Shown: positions 39,548 through 48,657 of the stretch, piece after piece
Layout of the letters: each line of letters opens with the position of its first letter
How positions within the stretch are numbered: position 1 is the stretch's first letter
NCBI GenBank assembly: GCA_041562075.1
Contig: JBFEYO010000001.1
Span: 1 to 50,476 of the forward strand
Source of the DNA: Sulfurimonadaceae bacterium
GTDB lineage: Bacteria; Campylobacterota; Campylobacteria; Campylobacterales; Sulfurimonadaceae
Length of the DNA stretch: 50,476 nt
Reading direction: 5' to 3'
Made by a program: the position numbers and the translations under genes
The notes under the pieces: generated by a model
Database searches by the model: none
Told to the model about the DNA's origin: nothing
The model's input: only the letters and a program-made list of their open reading frames with translations

Positions 39548-40951
39548 TTATGCTTCAGGAAGGTTCTGTTTGTACTCCAGGAGTGCTTCAATTCGGTTCA
39601 GTGTCTCATCCTTGCCGATAATCGCCATGACCTCATCCAGTCCGGGTCCGGAAAGTTTTCCAAGGAGTGCGATACGCAGAGGCTGACCAATCTTTCCAAA
39701 ACCCACCTCCATCTCGGTGATCGTCGTCTCCATTACATGATGGTAGTCCGTAGGAAGGTGAAGTTCTTCACTGGTCTCAAGCTGTTGCGCAAAACGTTTA
39801 AGCACGTCATCCGCATTCCCCTTAAACGCCTTTTTCATGGATTTTTCGTCATATGATTGAGGAGCATTCAGAATCTCCCTGATCAATTCTGCCATCTCCT
39901 TAAGGGTCTTTGCGCGTTCTTTGACTGCATCCAGGAGAATCTCTTTTTTATCATGACTTGTCAAGACGATCTCATAGGCGGCCAAAAGATCTGCCAAAGT
40001 CTCATTATTCATATTCTTGAGATAATGGGCATTAAGCCAATCCAGCTTCTCCGGGTTATAGATAGAAGCGGACTTGTTGATGTCTGAAGGGTCAAACAGT
40101 TCGAGCATCTCTTCCATAGAGAATATCTCTTGATCTCCATGGGACCATCCAAGACGTACCAAAAAGTTCAAGAGTGCTTCAGGGGTATAGCCCATCTCCT
40201 TGTACGCCATCACATCTGTCGCACCGTCACGCTTGGAAAGCTTTTTGCCATTGGAGTTGTGAATCATAGGCACATGATAAAACTTCGGAAGCTCAAATCC
40301 CAGAGCATTATAAACGACCATCTGTTTTGGTGTATTGGAGAGATGGTCATCTCCGCGTACCACCTCATTGATCCCCATCAATGCATCATCAATTGCCACG
40401 ACAAAATTATACGTCGGCGTCATGTCTGAGCGGGCGATGATAAAGTCATCTAAAATATCCTCAGCCTGGAATGTCACCTTTCCCTTGATCCCGTCATCAA
40501 TAATAATTGCACCGGTTTCAGGAGCTTTAATGCGAATCACCGGTTCAATACCTTCCGGAGGAGTTCCTGTAAAATCTCTGTACCGGTTATCATAACGCGG
40601 GCGCTCTTTATTGGCTGTTTGCTCTTCACGTAGAGCTTCAAGCTCCTCTTTAGACATATAACATTTATAGGCCTTACCCTCATCCAGAAGCTGGTTGATA
40701 TACGTCTTATAGATTTCCATACGCTGGGACTGATAGGTGATCTCTCCATCATGTTTGAGCCCAACCCATTCGAAGGCATCAACAATCGCCTTTGCTGCTT
40801 CTTCATTATTACGACTCATATCCGTGTCTTCAATACGAAGGACAAACTTTCCTCCATTCTTTTTTGCCCATAGGTAAGAGAAGAGAGCGGTTCTTAGTCC
40901 ACCAATGTGAAGATAGCCCGTAGGACTCGGTGCAAAACGTGTTACGATCAT
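39548..40951 (-). CDS. gltX: Glutamyl-tRNA synthetase
   Basis: It has PSPTGYLHIGGLRTAL (HIGH motif) and KLSKRDG (KMSKS motif). Confidence 0.95.
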   Translation of the reverse strand: MIVTRFAPSPTGYLHIGGLRTALFSYLWAKKNGGKFVLRIEDTDMSRNNEEAAKAIVDAFEWVGLKHDGEITYQSQRMEIYKTYINQLLDEGKAYKCYMSKEELEALREEQTANKERPRYDNRYRDFTGTPPEGIEPVIRIKAPETGAIIIDDGIKGKVTFQAEDILDDFIIARSDMTPTYNFVVAIDDALMGINEVVRGDDHLSNTPKQMVVYNALGFELPKFYHVPMIHNSNGKKLSKRDGATDVMAYKEMGYTPEALLNFLVRLGWSHGDQEIFSMEEMLELFDPSDINKSASIYNPEKLDWLNAHYLKNMNNETLADLLAAYEIVLTSHDKKEILLDAVKERAKTLKEMAELIREILNAPQSYDEKSMKKAFKGNADDVLKRFAQQLETSEELHLPTDYHHVMETTITEMEVGFGKIGQPLRIALLGKLSGPGLDEVMAIIGKDETLNRIEALLEYKQNLPEA

Positions 40952-41040
40952 TATGTTTTCCTGATTTATAGTCTTGCAATTTTAGTCTATCCTTGGTTAA
41001 AAGATGGTAAAGTTTCCTACTTTAATTACACGGACATTAT

Positions 41041-41880
41041 ATGAGACTATTATTCACTTTTTTTCTGTTATGTGCAAGCCTTTTAGCTAATATTGTCGGA
41101 GGGATTGCCGTCAAAGTCGATGATGAAACGATTACCCTCTACGAGATTGAACAAGAGCGCGAAATTTCCCAGGAGAGTGTCAAACAGACCGTCGACAGAC
41201 TGATCCGTGTCAAACTTGAACGAATCGAGGCCAAAAAACGTAATATCAATGTTACGAATCAGGAAGTTCTGGATGACCTTAAAAAGATGGCCGAGCAAAA
41301 CAATCTGACCCTCCCCCAGTTGTATGAAGCCATGAGTTCGGTACGTCATCTTAGCGAATCACAGACCAAGGCAAAGACCAAGGAAAAACTACTCAAACAA
41401 AAACTCTTTAATGCCATTGCCATGTCTCAGATGGAAGAGCCGACTGAAGAAGAGATCCAGGAGTATTATCAACTGCATCTAAGCGAGTATCAGATGCCTA
41501 AAAGTATCGATACTGTCGTCTACAGTGCCGCTGATGAGCAGACACTCAAACTCAAGATTTCCAATCCCATGATGAATGCGCCGGGAGTCAGAACAGAAAA
41601 CACACGCCTGGAGATGGCCAAGATCAATCCACGTCTGGCAAGCATATTGGTACAGACAGAAGATGGGAAGTTTAGTCCTATTCTCCCTCAAGCCGGGGGT
41701 TCAGGGCATATGGCCTTTTATGTTTTGCGTAAAAATGAGATCAATACTCCGCCTCTGGAGCTGATCCGATCCCAGGTGGAAAACAAGATCATGGAAGCCA
41801 ACAGAGAACATATCCTTAACGATCATTTTCAACGTATGCGTGTCAATGCAGACATTAAAGTCCTTCGGCTCCCTGAGTAA
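41041..41880 (+). CDS. SurA-like periplasmic chaperone
   Basis: It has a signal peptide and a SurA_N-like helical N-terminal region. It sits between gltX and accC, as I recall for the SurA-like chaperone Cj1289 in Campylobacter jejuni. Confidence 0.6.
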   Translation: MRLLFTFFLLCASLLANIVGGIAVKVDDETITLYEIEQEREISQESVKQTVDRLIRVKLERIEAKKRNINVTNQEVLDDLKKMAEQNNLTLPQLYEAMSSVRHLSESQTKAKTKEKLLKQKLFNAIAMSQMEEPTEEEIQEYYQLHLSEYQMPKSIDTVVYSAADEQTLKLKISNPMMNAPGVRTENTRLEMAKINPRLASILVQTEDGKFSPILPQAGGSGHMAFYVLRKNEINTPPLELIRSQVENKIMEANREHILNDHFQRMRVNADIKVLRLPE

Positions 41881-42183
41881 TCACTTCTCATAAACCGGCA
41901 AAAAGGCCGGATTGTCAACCACCTCACACTCAGCAACTACGATTTTATACTCACCCAAAGAAACCGAACTGCTTGCAGACACTAAAGCAGCCCCGGTACC
42001 CGAAAGTCTGGGTGAACTGACCGAGGCCGTCCCATCCTTGGATACGATTTTAAAACTACACCCATCTTTGAGAACATAAGGTGCACTCTCCCCCGCATAC
42101 TTTGTATACTGCGATTCTTCCGTTCCCGAACACCCCAGAATAAGACCCAATAGCACACAGATATATAGACTGTTTCGAATCAT
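41881..42183 (-). CDS. Small lipoprotein, function unknown
   Basis: It has the lipobox LLGLILGCSG, is 100 aa long, and its stop abuts the convergent SurA-like gene. Confidence 0.55.
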   Translation of the reverse strand: MIRNSLYICVLLGLILGCSGTEESQYTKYAGESAPYVLKDGCSFKIVSKDGTASVSSPRLSGTGAALVSASSSVSLGEYKIVVAECEVVDNPAFLPVYEK

Positions 42184-42242
42184 CCTAAACTCCTTATAAG
42201 AGGCCTATTATAGATCATAACAACGATAAAGTAAACGGGAGT

Positions 42243-42271
42243 AAAAAAAGGCAGCAGCCAAGAATGGCTGC
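42243..42271 (-). terminator. Intrinsic terminator of accB-accC
   Basis: On the minus strand, gcagcca-ttct-tggctgc forms a 7-bp GC-rich stem followed by tgccttttttt. It lies 18 nt after the accC stop. Confidence 0.7.
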
Positions 42272-42288
42272 ATCAAAGAAAAAGGAGA

Positions 42289-43629
42289 CTATCCTTGATA
42301 GCGCTCCAGGTATTTGGTGTCGAAGTTATTGGAGATGAAGTCTTCATTCTCCATCATCTTCTTATGAAAGGCGATGGTCGTTTTAATACCGGTCACCTTG
42401 AACTCGCTTAACGCACGGTGCATCTTGGCAATCGCTTTGTCACGTGTCTCATCATGAATGATCAGTTTCCCGATCATAGAATCATAAATCGTCGGTACGA
42501 TATAGCCCGCATGGGCATGGGAATCGATACGCACCCCATAACCGCCAGGAAGCATCCAGTCACCGATCTTGCCGGGACATGGAAGGAACTTCACCGGATC
42601 TTCCGCGGTGATACGGCACTCAATCGCGTGTCCACGAAGTTCTATCTCTTCTTGACTAGGAAGTTTTTCGCCTTCAGCCACACGGATCATCATCTCGATC
42701 AGGTCAATCCCCGAGACCATCTCAGAAACCGTATGTTCTACCTGAAGGCGGGTATTCATCTCCATAAAATAGAAATCAAGATTTGAATCCAGCAGGAACT
42801 CAAAGGTGCCCGCTCCCTCATACTTGATATACTTGGTCGCGCGAACCGCAGCATCCCACACCTTCTGACGAACCTCAGGAGTCAAGACTACCGCCGGTGA
42901 CTCTTCGATCAGTTTTTGGTGACGACGTTGCATCGAACAGTCACGCTCACCTACATGGATCACATTCCCGTGGGAGTCGGCCATGATCTGTACTTCGATA
43001 TGGCGAGGATCTTTAATGAACTTCTCCATATAGATCGTCCCGTCTCCAAAGGCTGTGATCGCTTCTGATTCCGCTGCCAAAAAGGCATTTTCAAGATAAG
43101 ATTCGTCTTCTACCACGCGCATACCGCGTCCGCCGCCGCCCTGAGCAGCTTTCAGGATAACAGGATAACCAACGTCTTTGGCTCGTTTTTTGGCATCTTC
43201 AATATCATCAATAGCCCCGTCTGAACCCGGTACTACCGGTACATCTGCAGCGATCATGACATCTTTCGCCTTAGACTTGTCAGACATCAATTGCATGACT
43301 TCAACCGTCGGCCCGATGAACTTGATCTTATGATGGGTACAGATCTCTACAAAATGCTGGTTTTCAGACAAGAAACCGTAACCCGGGAAGATTGCATCAC
43401 AATGGGTCACTTCCGCTGCCGCGATAACTGCAGGAATATTTAGATATGAAGAAGATGAAGGGCCGTCACCGATACAGATCGCTGCATCTGCTAATTCCAG
43501 ATAATGAGCACCTCTGTCCGCGGCTGAATAAACGGCTACCGCTTCCTTGCCCATCTCTTTGATCGTACGGATCGCGCGAAGAGCAATCTCCCCGCGATTG
43601 GCCACTAAGATTCTTTTGATCTCAGCCAT
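42289..43629 (-). CDS. accC: Acetyl-CoA carboxylase biotin carboxylase subunit
   Basis: It begins ILVANRGEIALR, has the ATP-grasp motif KAAQGGGGRGMR, and contains EMNTRLQVEH. Confidence 0.97.
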   Translation of the reverse strand: MAEIKRILVANRGEIALRAIRTIKEMGKEAVAVYSAADRGAHYLELADAAICIGDGPSSSSYLNIPAVIAAAEVTHCDAIFPGYGFLSENQHFVEICTHHKIKFIGPTVEVMQLMSDKSKAKDVMIAADVPVVPGSDGAIDDIEDAKKRAKDVGYPVILKAAQGGGGRGMRVVEDESYLENAFLAAESEAITAFGDGTIYMEKFIKDPRHIEVQIMADSHGNVIHVGERDCSMQRRHQKLIEESPAVVLTPEVRQKVWDAAVRATKYIKYEGAGTFEFLLDSNLDFYFMEMNTRLQVEHTVSEMVSGIDLIEMMIRVAEGEKLPSQEEIELRGHAIECRITAEDPVKFLPCPGKIGDWMLPGGYGVRIDSHAHAGYIVPTIYDSMIGKLIIHDETRDKAIAKMHRALSEFKVTGIKTTIAFHKKMMENEDFISNNFDTKYLERYQG

Positions 43630-43630
43630 A

Positions 43631-44086
43631 TTACATTTTCTCTACGACAAACAGTGGCATATCATATTCAACCGGCTTACCGTCATCCACAAGGATCTTA
43701 AGTATTTTACAGTCGAACTCGGCTTCAAGCTCATTCATAATCTTCATCGCTTCAAGAATTGCCAGAGGCTGACCTTTTTTCACTACGTCACCCTCTTTCA
43801 CAAAGGCAGGAGAATCCGGAGACGGAGAAGCATAGAACGTCCCCACCATTGGAGATAAAATCTTATCACCTGCGATCTCTTCAACTGCGGCAGAAGCTGC
43901 TGCCGGTGCTGCACTTTCCGCTACCGGAGCTGCCACAGGCGCTACTGCTACGGGAGCCGCTGCCACTGCTGTAGCAATGGTCGCTTTTTCAAGCTCAATT
44001 GAGAAACCTTCTTTGTTAATCTTCAAAGAGCTGAGCGTACTGTCATCGAACTCTTTCATTAATGATTTTATCTGTTTCATATCCAT
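43631..44086 (-). CDS. accB: Biotin carboxyl carrier protein
   Basis: It has an Ala/Pro-rich linker and the biotinylation motif LEAMKIMNE. The start is set at MDMKQIK (ATG 44084-44086), with AGGAGA upstream. The track ORF extends 44 codons further. Confidence 0.9.
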   Translation of the reverse strand: MDMKQIKSLMKEFDDSTLSSLKINKEGFSIELEKATIATAVAAAPVAVAPVAAPVAESAAPAAASAAVEEIAGDKILSPMVGTFYASPSPDSPAFVKEGDVVKKGQPLAILEAMKIMNELEAEFDCKILKILVDDGKPVEYDMPLFVVEKM

Positions 44087-44196
44087 CGGATTTTCTCTCC
44101 TAAAGCAAATTTTGTAAAAAATAGTGTGATATAATACCGAAAGAAAAATTAAGAAACAGTTATAATGAAATATATGCCAAACAGCAAGGAGTAGGA

Positions 44197-44763
44197 ATGG
44201 GCTTAAAAGCAGATACATGGATACGTGAAGAAGCAGTCAAGAACGGGATGATCACACCCTTTTGCGAAGATCAGGTCGGAAAAGGTGTCGTCTCTTACGG
44301 ACTAAGCTCTTACGGTTATGACATCCGTGTCAGCAACGAGTTCAAGATCTTTACAAACCTTAATTCGACTGTCGTCGATCCCAAACATTTTGATGATGCC
44401 AATGTCGTTGATTTCACCGGGGATGTCTGTATCGTTCCACCCAACTCCTTTGCTCTGGCACGTACCGTTGAATACTTTAAGATTCCCCGCGATGTCCTCG
44501 CAATCTGTCTGGGTAAATCGACCTATGCACGCTGCGGTATCATCGTGAATGTAACACCGTTTGAGCCGGAATTTGAGGGACATATCACTATTGAGATCTC
44601 CAACACCACTCCGCTTCCGGCAAAGATCTATGCCAACGAGGGGATTGCACAGGTCCTTTTCCTGCAGGGAGATGAAGTGTGTGAGACCTCTTACCGGGAT
44701 AAAAGCGGTAAATATCAAGGACAAGAGGGGATCACTCTTCCTCGAATTCTGGATAAGCACTAA
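44197..44763 (+). CDS. dcd: dCTP deaminase
   Basis: It is 188 aa and contains SSYGYD(I)[27 protein letters not shown] and the C-terminal [11 protein letters not shown]. Confidence 0.92.
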   Translation: MGLKADTWIREEAVKNGMITPFCEDQVGKGVVSYGLSSYGYDIRVSNEFKIFTNLNSTVVDPKHFDDANVVDFTGDVCIVPPNSFALARTVEYFKIPRDVLAICLGKSTYARCGIIVNVTPFEPEFEGHITIEISNTTPLPAKIYANEGIAQVLFLQGDEVCETSYRDKSGKYQGQEGITLPRILDKH

Positions 44764-44766
44764 GCC

Positions 44767-45168
44767 TTGAAACACTCCCTCTCTGCTCCTTTTGGAGCTG
44801 TCATACTCGTCTTTTTTTCCGGCTTTTTATTCCCTTTGATCTTCAGTCTTTTGGATAAACTACTTAGAGAACTTCTTATCTCCCTTCCCCCGCTGCTGTT
44901 AACCATCCTAAGCTTTTCATGGCTCTTGCTGCTTTATTATTTCGGGATCAAGTTTTCCATCGACTATATTTCTGAGCACTTCGAGTTCACATCAGAACAG
45001 AGTCTGTTTACTTACAGCAACATCATCTTTGCGTCCTTGAACCTCTTCTCCTACAGTCTGATGATCTCCCCGTCGATCCTCTCTAACCTGCTTTGGGGTA
45101 TGTTCTATCTCTGTATCATGGGATTTTTCTATTACTTGAGCAGCCGCAGGCTGCTGCAAAAGGCCTAA
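44767..45168 (+). CDS. Hypothetical four-TM membrane protein
   Basis: The TTG start lies 4 nt after the dcd stop. It has four hydrophobic segments and no recognisable motif. Confidence 0.4.
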   Translation: MKHSLSAPFGAVILVFFSGFLFPLIFSLLDKLLRELLISLPPLLLTILSFSWLLLLYYFGIKFSIDYISEHFEFTSEQSLFTYSNIIFASLNLFSYSLMISPSILSNLLWGMFYLCIMGFFYYLSSRRLLQKA

Positions 45169-45176
45169 GAAGCCTC

Positions 45177-45527
45177 TTAAAACAGCTCCAAGACCTTCTC
45201 AGGCGGTCTTCCCAGTACAGCCTTGTCACCTTTGATCACAATCGGACGTTCGATCAATTTAGGGTTTTCCGCCATTGCCTGGATCAAAGCCTCTTCGTCT
45301 TCTACCGCTTTCAGGTTCAACTCTTTATAGATAGCCTCTTTTGTACGCATCAATTCACGTGCTTTCAATCCCAGTTTCTTCAAAATACCGCGGATAGTAT
45401 CTGCATCCGGTGTCTCATCAAGATATTTGAATACCTCCATGTCTGCATTTTGTTCCTCCAGTATTCCCAATGTCTGTCGCGATTTCGTACAGCGCGGGTT
45501 ATGCCAGATGGTATATTCACTCATCAT
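45177..45527 (-). CDS. arsC: ArsC/Spx-family (glutaredoxin-type arsenate reductase-like) protein
   Basis: It has the IWHNPRCTKSR catalytic-Cys context, a length of ~116 aa and the ending ...LIERPIV. Confidence 0.8.
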   Translation of the reverse strand: MMSEYTIWHNPRCTKSRQTLGILEEQNADMEVFKYLDETPDADTIRGILKKLGLKARELMRTKEAIYKELNLKAVEDEEALIQAMAENPKLIERPIVIKGDKAVLGRPPEKVLELF

Positions 45528-45642
45528 TGCTCCTTTGTCAAATTTTTCATAATTATACTCAGATTCATGTTTTACGCGATGAAAGCCATCATATTTCCAG
45601 TCTATAAAATTATTTTTAGTTATATGGCGCTAATATAAGCCT

Positions 45643-46155
45643 ATGTATAAAAATATCAAGTCATTTACCAAGATCGCCGAGTTTGGACGCAAGCTTCTTG
45701 CCCGCCCTTCACTGGAACTGGCCATACCGATGATCTCATCCTATGCCAAGGAACTTCTTGAAGCCGATCGCTGTTCCGTATTTATCTATGATAAAAAGAA
45801 CAATATGCTCTGGACCGTACTGGCTGATGGCGTGGAGACCATTCGTATCTCCACTGAGGAAGGCATTGTCGGTGCAGCTTTCAGGGATAAAAAAGCACTG
45901 ATTGTTAATGATCCTTATGCTGATCAACGTTTCTCTTCCAAGATTGATCACGAAACAGGCTATATCACTAAAAACATCATCGCCATTCCCATCATGAATG
46001 CTTTCAATGAACCTATCGGTGTCCTGCAGCTTCTGAATAAAAGCAGCGGAGATTTTGACAAGGAAGACAAACGTCTGCTAACCTTTTTCAACCACTACAT
46101 CAGTGGATATGTAGAACTTTCGATCCTCTTTAGTGAAGAATCAGCCAAAGAATGA
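45643..46155 (+). CDS. Stand-alone GAF-domain protein (paralogue 1)
   Basis: Motifs are [41 protein letters not shown] and [16 protein letters not shown]. Its stop overlaps the next gene start as ATGA. Confidence 0.7.
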   Translation: MYKNIKSFTKIAEFGRKLLARPSLELAIPMISSYAKELLEADRCSVFIYDKKNNMLWTVLADGVETIRISTEEGIVGAAFRDKKALIVNDPYADQRFSSKIDHETGYITKNIIAIPIMNAFNEPIGVLQLLNKSSGDFDKEDKRLLTFFNHYISGYVELSILFSEESAKE

Positions 46156-47675
46156 GACATGCGAAACTGATTGCTTCACTTCTGTTAGACTCCTTTAAAG
46201 ACCTTCTGCCTATTATCTTGGTCATTGCCTTTTTTCAGATAGTCATTCTTCAGCAAATTCCTCAAAACCTCGGATCTATCATTCTTGGATTGATCATTGT
46301 CGCCATCGGTTTGGCCATCTTTATCCAGGGTCTGGAGATCGGTATTTTTCCCATTGGCGAGAATCTCGCTCATGAATTTGCGGCTAAAGGTTCGGTCTTC
46401 TGGCTACTTCTGTTTGCCTTTGCCATTGGTTTTTCCACGACCGTTGCCGAACCGGCGCTCATTGCCATCGCTAAAAAGGCCCAGGTGATCTCCTCCGGTA
46501 AGATCAATGCCGACACCCTTCGTCTCACCGTTGCATTCTCCGTCGGCCTCGCCATTGCCCTGGGCTCCTGGCGTATCATCACCGGTCATCCGATCCATCT
46601 GTATATCATTACGGGGTATGTCATTGTGGTACTCTTTACGTTTTTTGTACCCGTTGAAATTGTTGGGCTGGCCTATGATTCCGGCGGGGTGACGACCTCA
46701 ACCGTCACCGTACCCCTCGTCGCCGCGCTGGGTGTCGGACTTGCTTCAAGTATTCGCGGTCGCAATCCGGTAATCGACGGCTTTGGACTGATTGCCTTTG
46801 CATCCCTGACACCCATGATCTTTGTACAAGCCTATGGACTCATCGTTTATAACCTTGACTTTACACCCCTTGATCCTCTGACCGAGATCACCGGTGTCAT
46901 CCCCGAAGCTGCCATTGACAAGTTCTCAAGCATGAATCTCTTTTACGAGCTTATGAGTGTTATCAAGGACATCTTCCCTATTTTGGCGGTGATCTTCTTT
47001 TTCCAATACCTCATCATCAAGCAGCCATTGGCAGGGCTTCGCCGTATTTCCATAGGTATAGTCTTTGTCATCATTGGACTGTATGCCTTTATCGTAGGCC
47101 TTGAGATGGGTCTATTTCCCATCGGTGAGACCATGGCCCTGCAGCTTACTGCCCAGGATAATCTCTTTTATATTTATCTTTTTGGTTTCCTTATCGGCTT
47201 TTCGACGACCATGGCCGAACCGGCTCTGCTCGCAGTAGCCATCAAGGTGGAAGAGATCTCCCAGCAGCGTATTCGTCAGAGCATTCTGCGTCTTTCCGTT
47301 GCCTTTGGAGTCGCCATCGGTATCGCGCTCGGGGCTTATCGGATCGTACAGGGAGATGCCATCCACTACTATATCATCGTCGGCTATATCATCGTCATCA
47401 TCCTGACCTTTTTTGCCCCCAAATATATCATCCCGATCGCCTATGATTCCGGCGGGGTGACGACCTCCACCGTCACCGTTCCCCTGGTCGCTGCCCTGGG
47501 CCTGGGACTGGCAACCCAGATCGAGGGCAGAAGTGCCCTCATCGACGGGTTTGGATTGATCGCTTTTGCCTCCCTCTTTCCGATGATCACGGTTATGGGT
47601 TATGGAGTCATCAGTCAATACCTGGCCTATTATGACAAGCAAAGAAAATCACAAACCAAAGGAGATCCATCATGA
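46152..47675 (+). CDS. Fused double DUF1538-family integral membrane protein
   Basis: It has two homologous ~250-aa halves, each with about six TM helices and the motifs GLE(I/M)G(I/L)FPIGE, GFSTT(V/M)[25 protein letters not shown] and [12 protein letters not shown]. The family assignment is from memory of DUF1538 sequences. Confidence 0.6.
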   Translation: MRHAKLIASLLLDSFKDLLPIILVIAFFQIVILQQIPQNLGSIILGLIIVAIGLAIFIQGLEIGIFPIGENLAHEFAAKGSVFWLLLFAFAIGFSTTVAEPALIAIAKKAQVISSGKINADTLRLTVAFSVGLAIALGSWRIITGHPIHLYIITGYVIVVLFTFFVPVEIVGLAYDSGGVTTSTVTVPLVAALGVGLASSIRGRNPVIDGFGLIAFASLTPMIFVQAYGLIVYNLDFTPLDPLTEITGVIPEAAIDKFSSMNLFYELMSVIKDIFPILAVIFFFQYLIIKQPLAGLRRISIGIVFVIIGLYAFIVGLEMGLFPIGETMALQLTAQDNLFYIYLFGFLIGFSTTMAEPALLAVAIKVEEISQQRIRQSILRLSVAFGVAIGIALGAYRIVQGDAIHYYIIVGYIIVIILTFFAPKYIIPIAYDSGGVTTSTVTVPLVAALGLGLATQIEGRSALIDGFGLIAFASLFPMITVMGYGVISQYLAYYDKQRKSQTKGDPS

Positions 47676-48010
47676 ATTTCGCAACTGTTGTCGCCGTCGT
47701 ATCTGAAGAGAACGAAGATACTGCCATCGATATCGCCCAAGCAAACGGCGCGGGAGGTGTTACTATTCTCAAAGGAAGAGGCCTAGGCCTGGGAGACAAA
47801 ACCACCTTTTTAGGAATCTCGTATGAGCGTTCCGAGTCGGTGTTACTGTTTGTATTGGAAAAGCAGATCGCCTGCAGGGTTATCGAAGCGATGACCCAAG
47901 AGCTTGAGCTTGACAAATCAGGTAATGGACTGATTTTTTCCATGCCCATAGAAAATCTCTCCGGTATCCCGGAAAAACAGATCCGAAAATTTCAAGAGAA
48001 CATACAATAA
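47672..48010 (+). CDS. PII (GlnB)-like small regulatory protein
   Basis: It is 112 aa. The pattern ATVVAVV..ED.AIDIA...[14 protein letters not shown]..-loop-..VLLFVLEK......IEAM........[11 protein letters not shown] matches the PII beta-alpha-beta x2 fold with a short T-loop. Its start overlaps the upstream stop as ATGA. Confidence 0.6.
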   Translation: MNFATVVAVVSEENEDTAIDIAQANGAGGVTILKGRGLGLGDKTTFLGISYERSESVLLFVLEKQIACRVIEAMTQELELDKSGNGLIFSMPIENLSGIPEKQIRKFQENIQ

Positions 48011-48037
48011 AAGATTCAATTACTCCGGGGTTGATGT

Positions 48038-48062
48038 AAATTGGATATAATAATCCAAATTT
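48038..48062. promoter_or_regulatory. AT-rich palindrome centred on a TATAAT box upstream of the second GAF gene
   Basis: aaattggat-ataata-atccaaattt forms 9 pairs with one bulge. TATAAT lies at 48046-48051, 33 nt upstream of ATG 48085. Confidence 0.3.
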
Positions 48063-48084
48063 AAAACGAGCACAAAGGGTAGCA

Positions 48085-48585
48085 ATGGCAGCAAAAGTCG
48101 ATTCATATAAAAAAATAGCGGAATTTGGAAAACAACTACTTTCGGATACCTCATTAGACAATGCCCTTCTTCTCATCGCCGATCAAGCCAAAGACCTTGT
48201 CCATGCCGACCGCTGTTCCATCTTTATGTATGACAGCGAAGCCGATATGCTCTGGACCAAATTAGCTGACGGTATCGGTAAGATCGCCATCTCCAAAAGT
48301 TCAGGTATTGCGGGAGATACCTACATGAAGGGTGAACCGCAGGTCGTCAACAAGCCCTATGAAGATGACCGTTTCCTCGCCAATATCGACAAAAAAAGCG
48401 GGTATGAGACCAAAAACATGATCACCGTTCCCATCTTTGACTCACAGCGTACTGTTATCGGTCTGTTTCAGCTGCTAAACAAGGATGAGGGAGATTTTGA
48501 GGCCGAGGATCTGAAGGTTCTAACCTTCTTCGCCAATTACATCTCCGGAACCCTGGAACTCTCCTTTATGATGAAGGATGACTAA
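48085..48585 (+). CDS. Stand-alone GAF-domain protein (paralogue 2)
   Basis: It is collinear with the 45643 protein: KIAEFGKQLL, ADRCSIFMYD, MLWTKLADG, YEDDRF, GYETKNMITVPI, LFQLLNKDEGDFEAED and LTFFANYISG. Confidence 0.7.
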   Translation: MAAKVDSYKKIAEFGKQLLSDTSLDNALLLIADQAKDLVHADRCSIFMYDSEADMLWTKLADGIGKIAISKSSGIAGDTYMKGEPQVVNKPYEDDRFLANIDKKSGYETKNMITVPIFDSQRTVIGLFQLLNKDEGDFEAEDLKVLTFFANYISGTLELSFMMKDD

Positions 48586-48616
48586 CTCCCTCACATTGAT
48601 GTAACTTTATCCCTTA

Positions 48617-48641
48617 CACTCCTGCCATTCAGGCAGAAGTG
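48617..48641. terminator. Hairpin between the convergent GAF and asnB genes
   Basis: cactcctgcc-attca-ggcagaagtg forms a 10-bp stem with one mismatch. There is no adjacent T-run on either strand. Confidence 0.35.
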
Positions 48642-48657
48642 CTTAAGAGGGCATATC

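Noticed and set aside
45093-45638. A 181-aa plus-strand ORF overlaps arsC.
   Set aside because: It lies antisense to a gene with a clear ArsC catalytic motif, and its translation has no recognisable features.
45643-46155. The stand-alone GAF proteins were considered as free methionine-(R)-sulfoxide reductases (fRMsr/MsrC).
   Set aside because: Each has a single cysteine rather than the catalytic Cys set and lacks the conserved fRMsr core motifs I remember. Their sequence pattern (LLNK..G.F..ED) looks like ligand-binding GAF domains.
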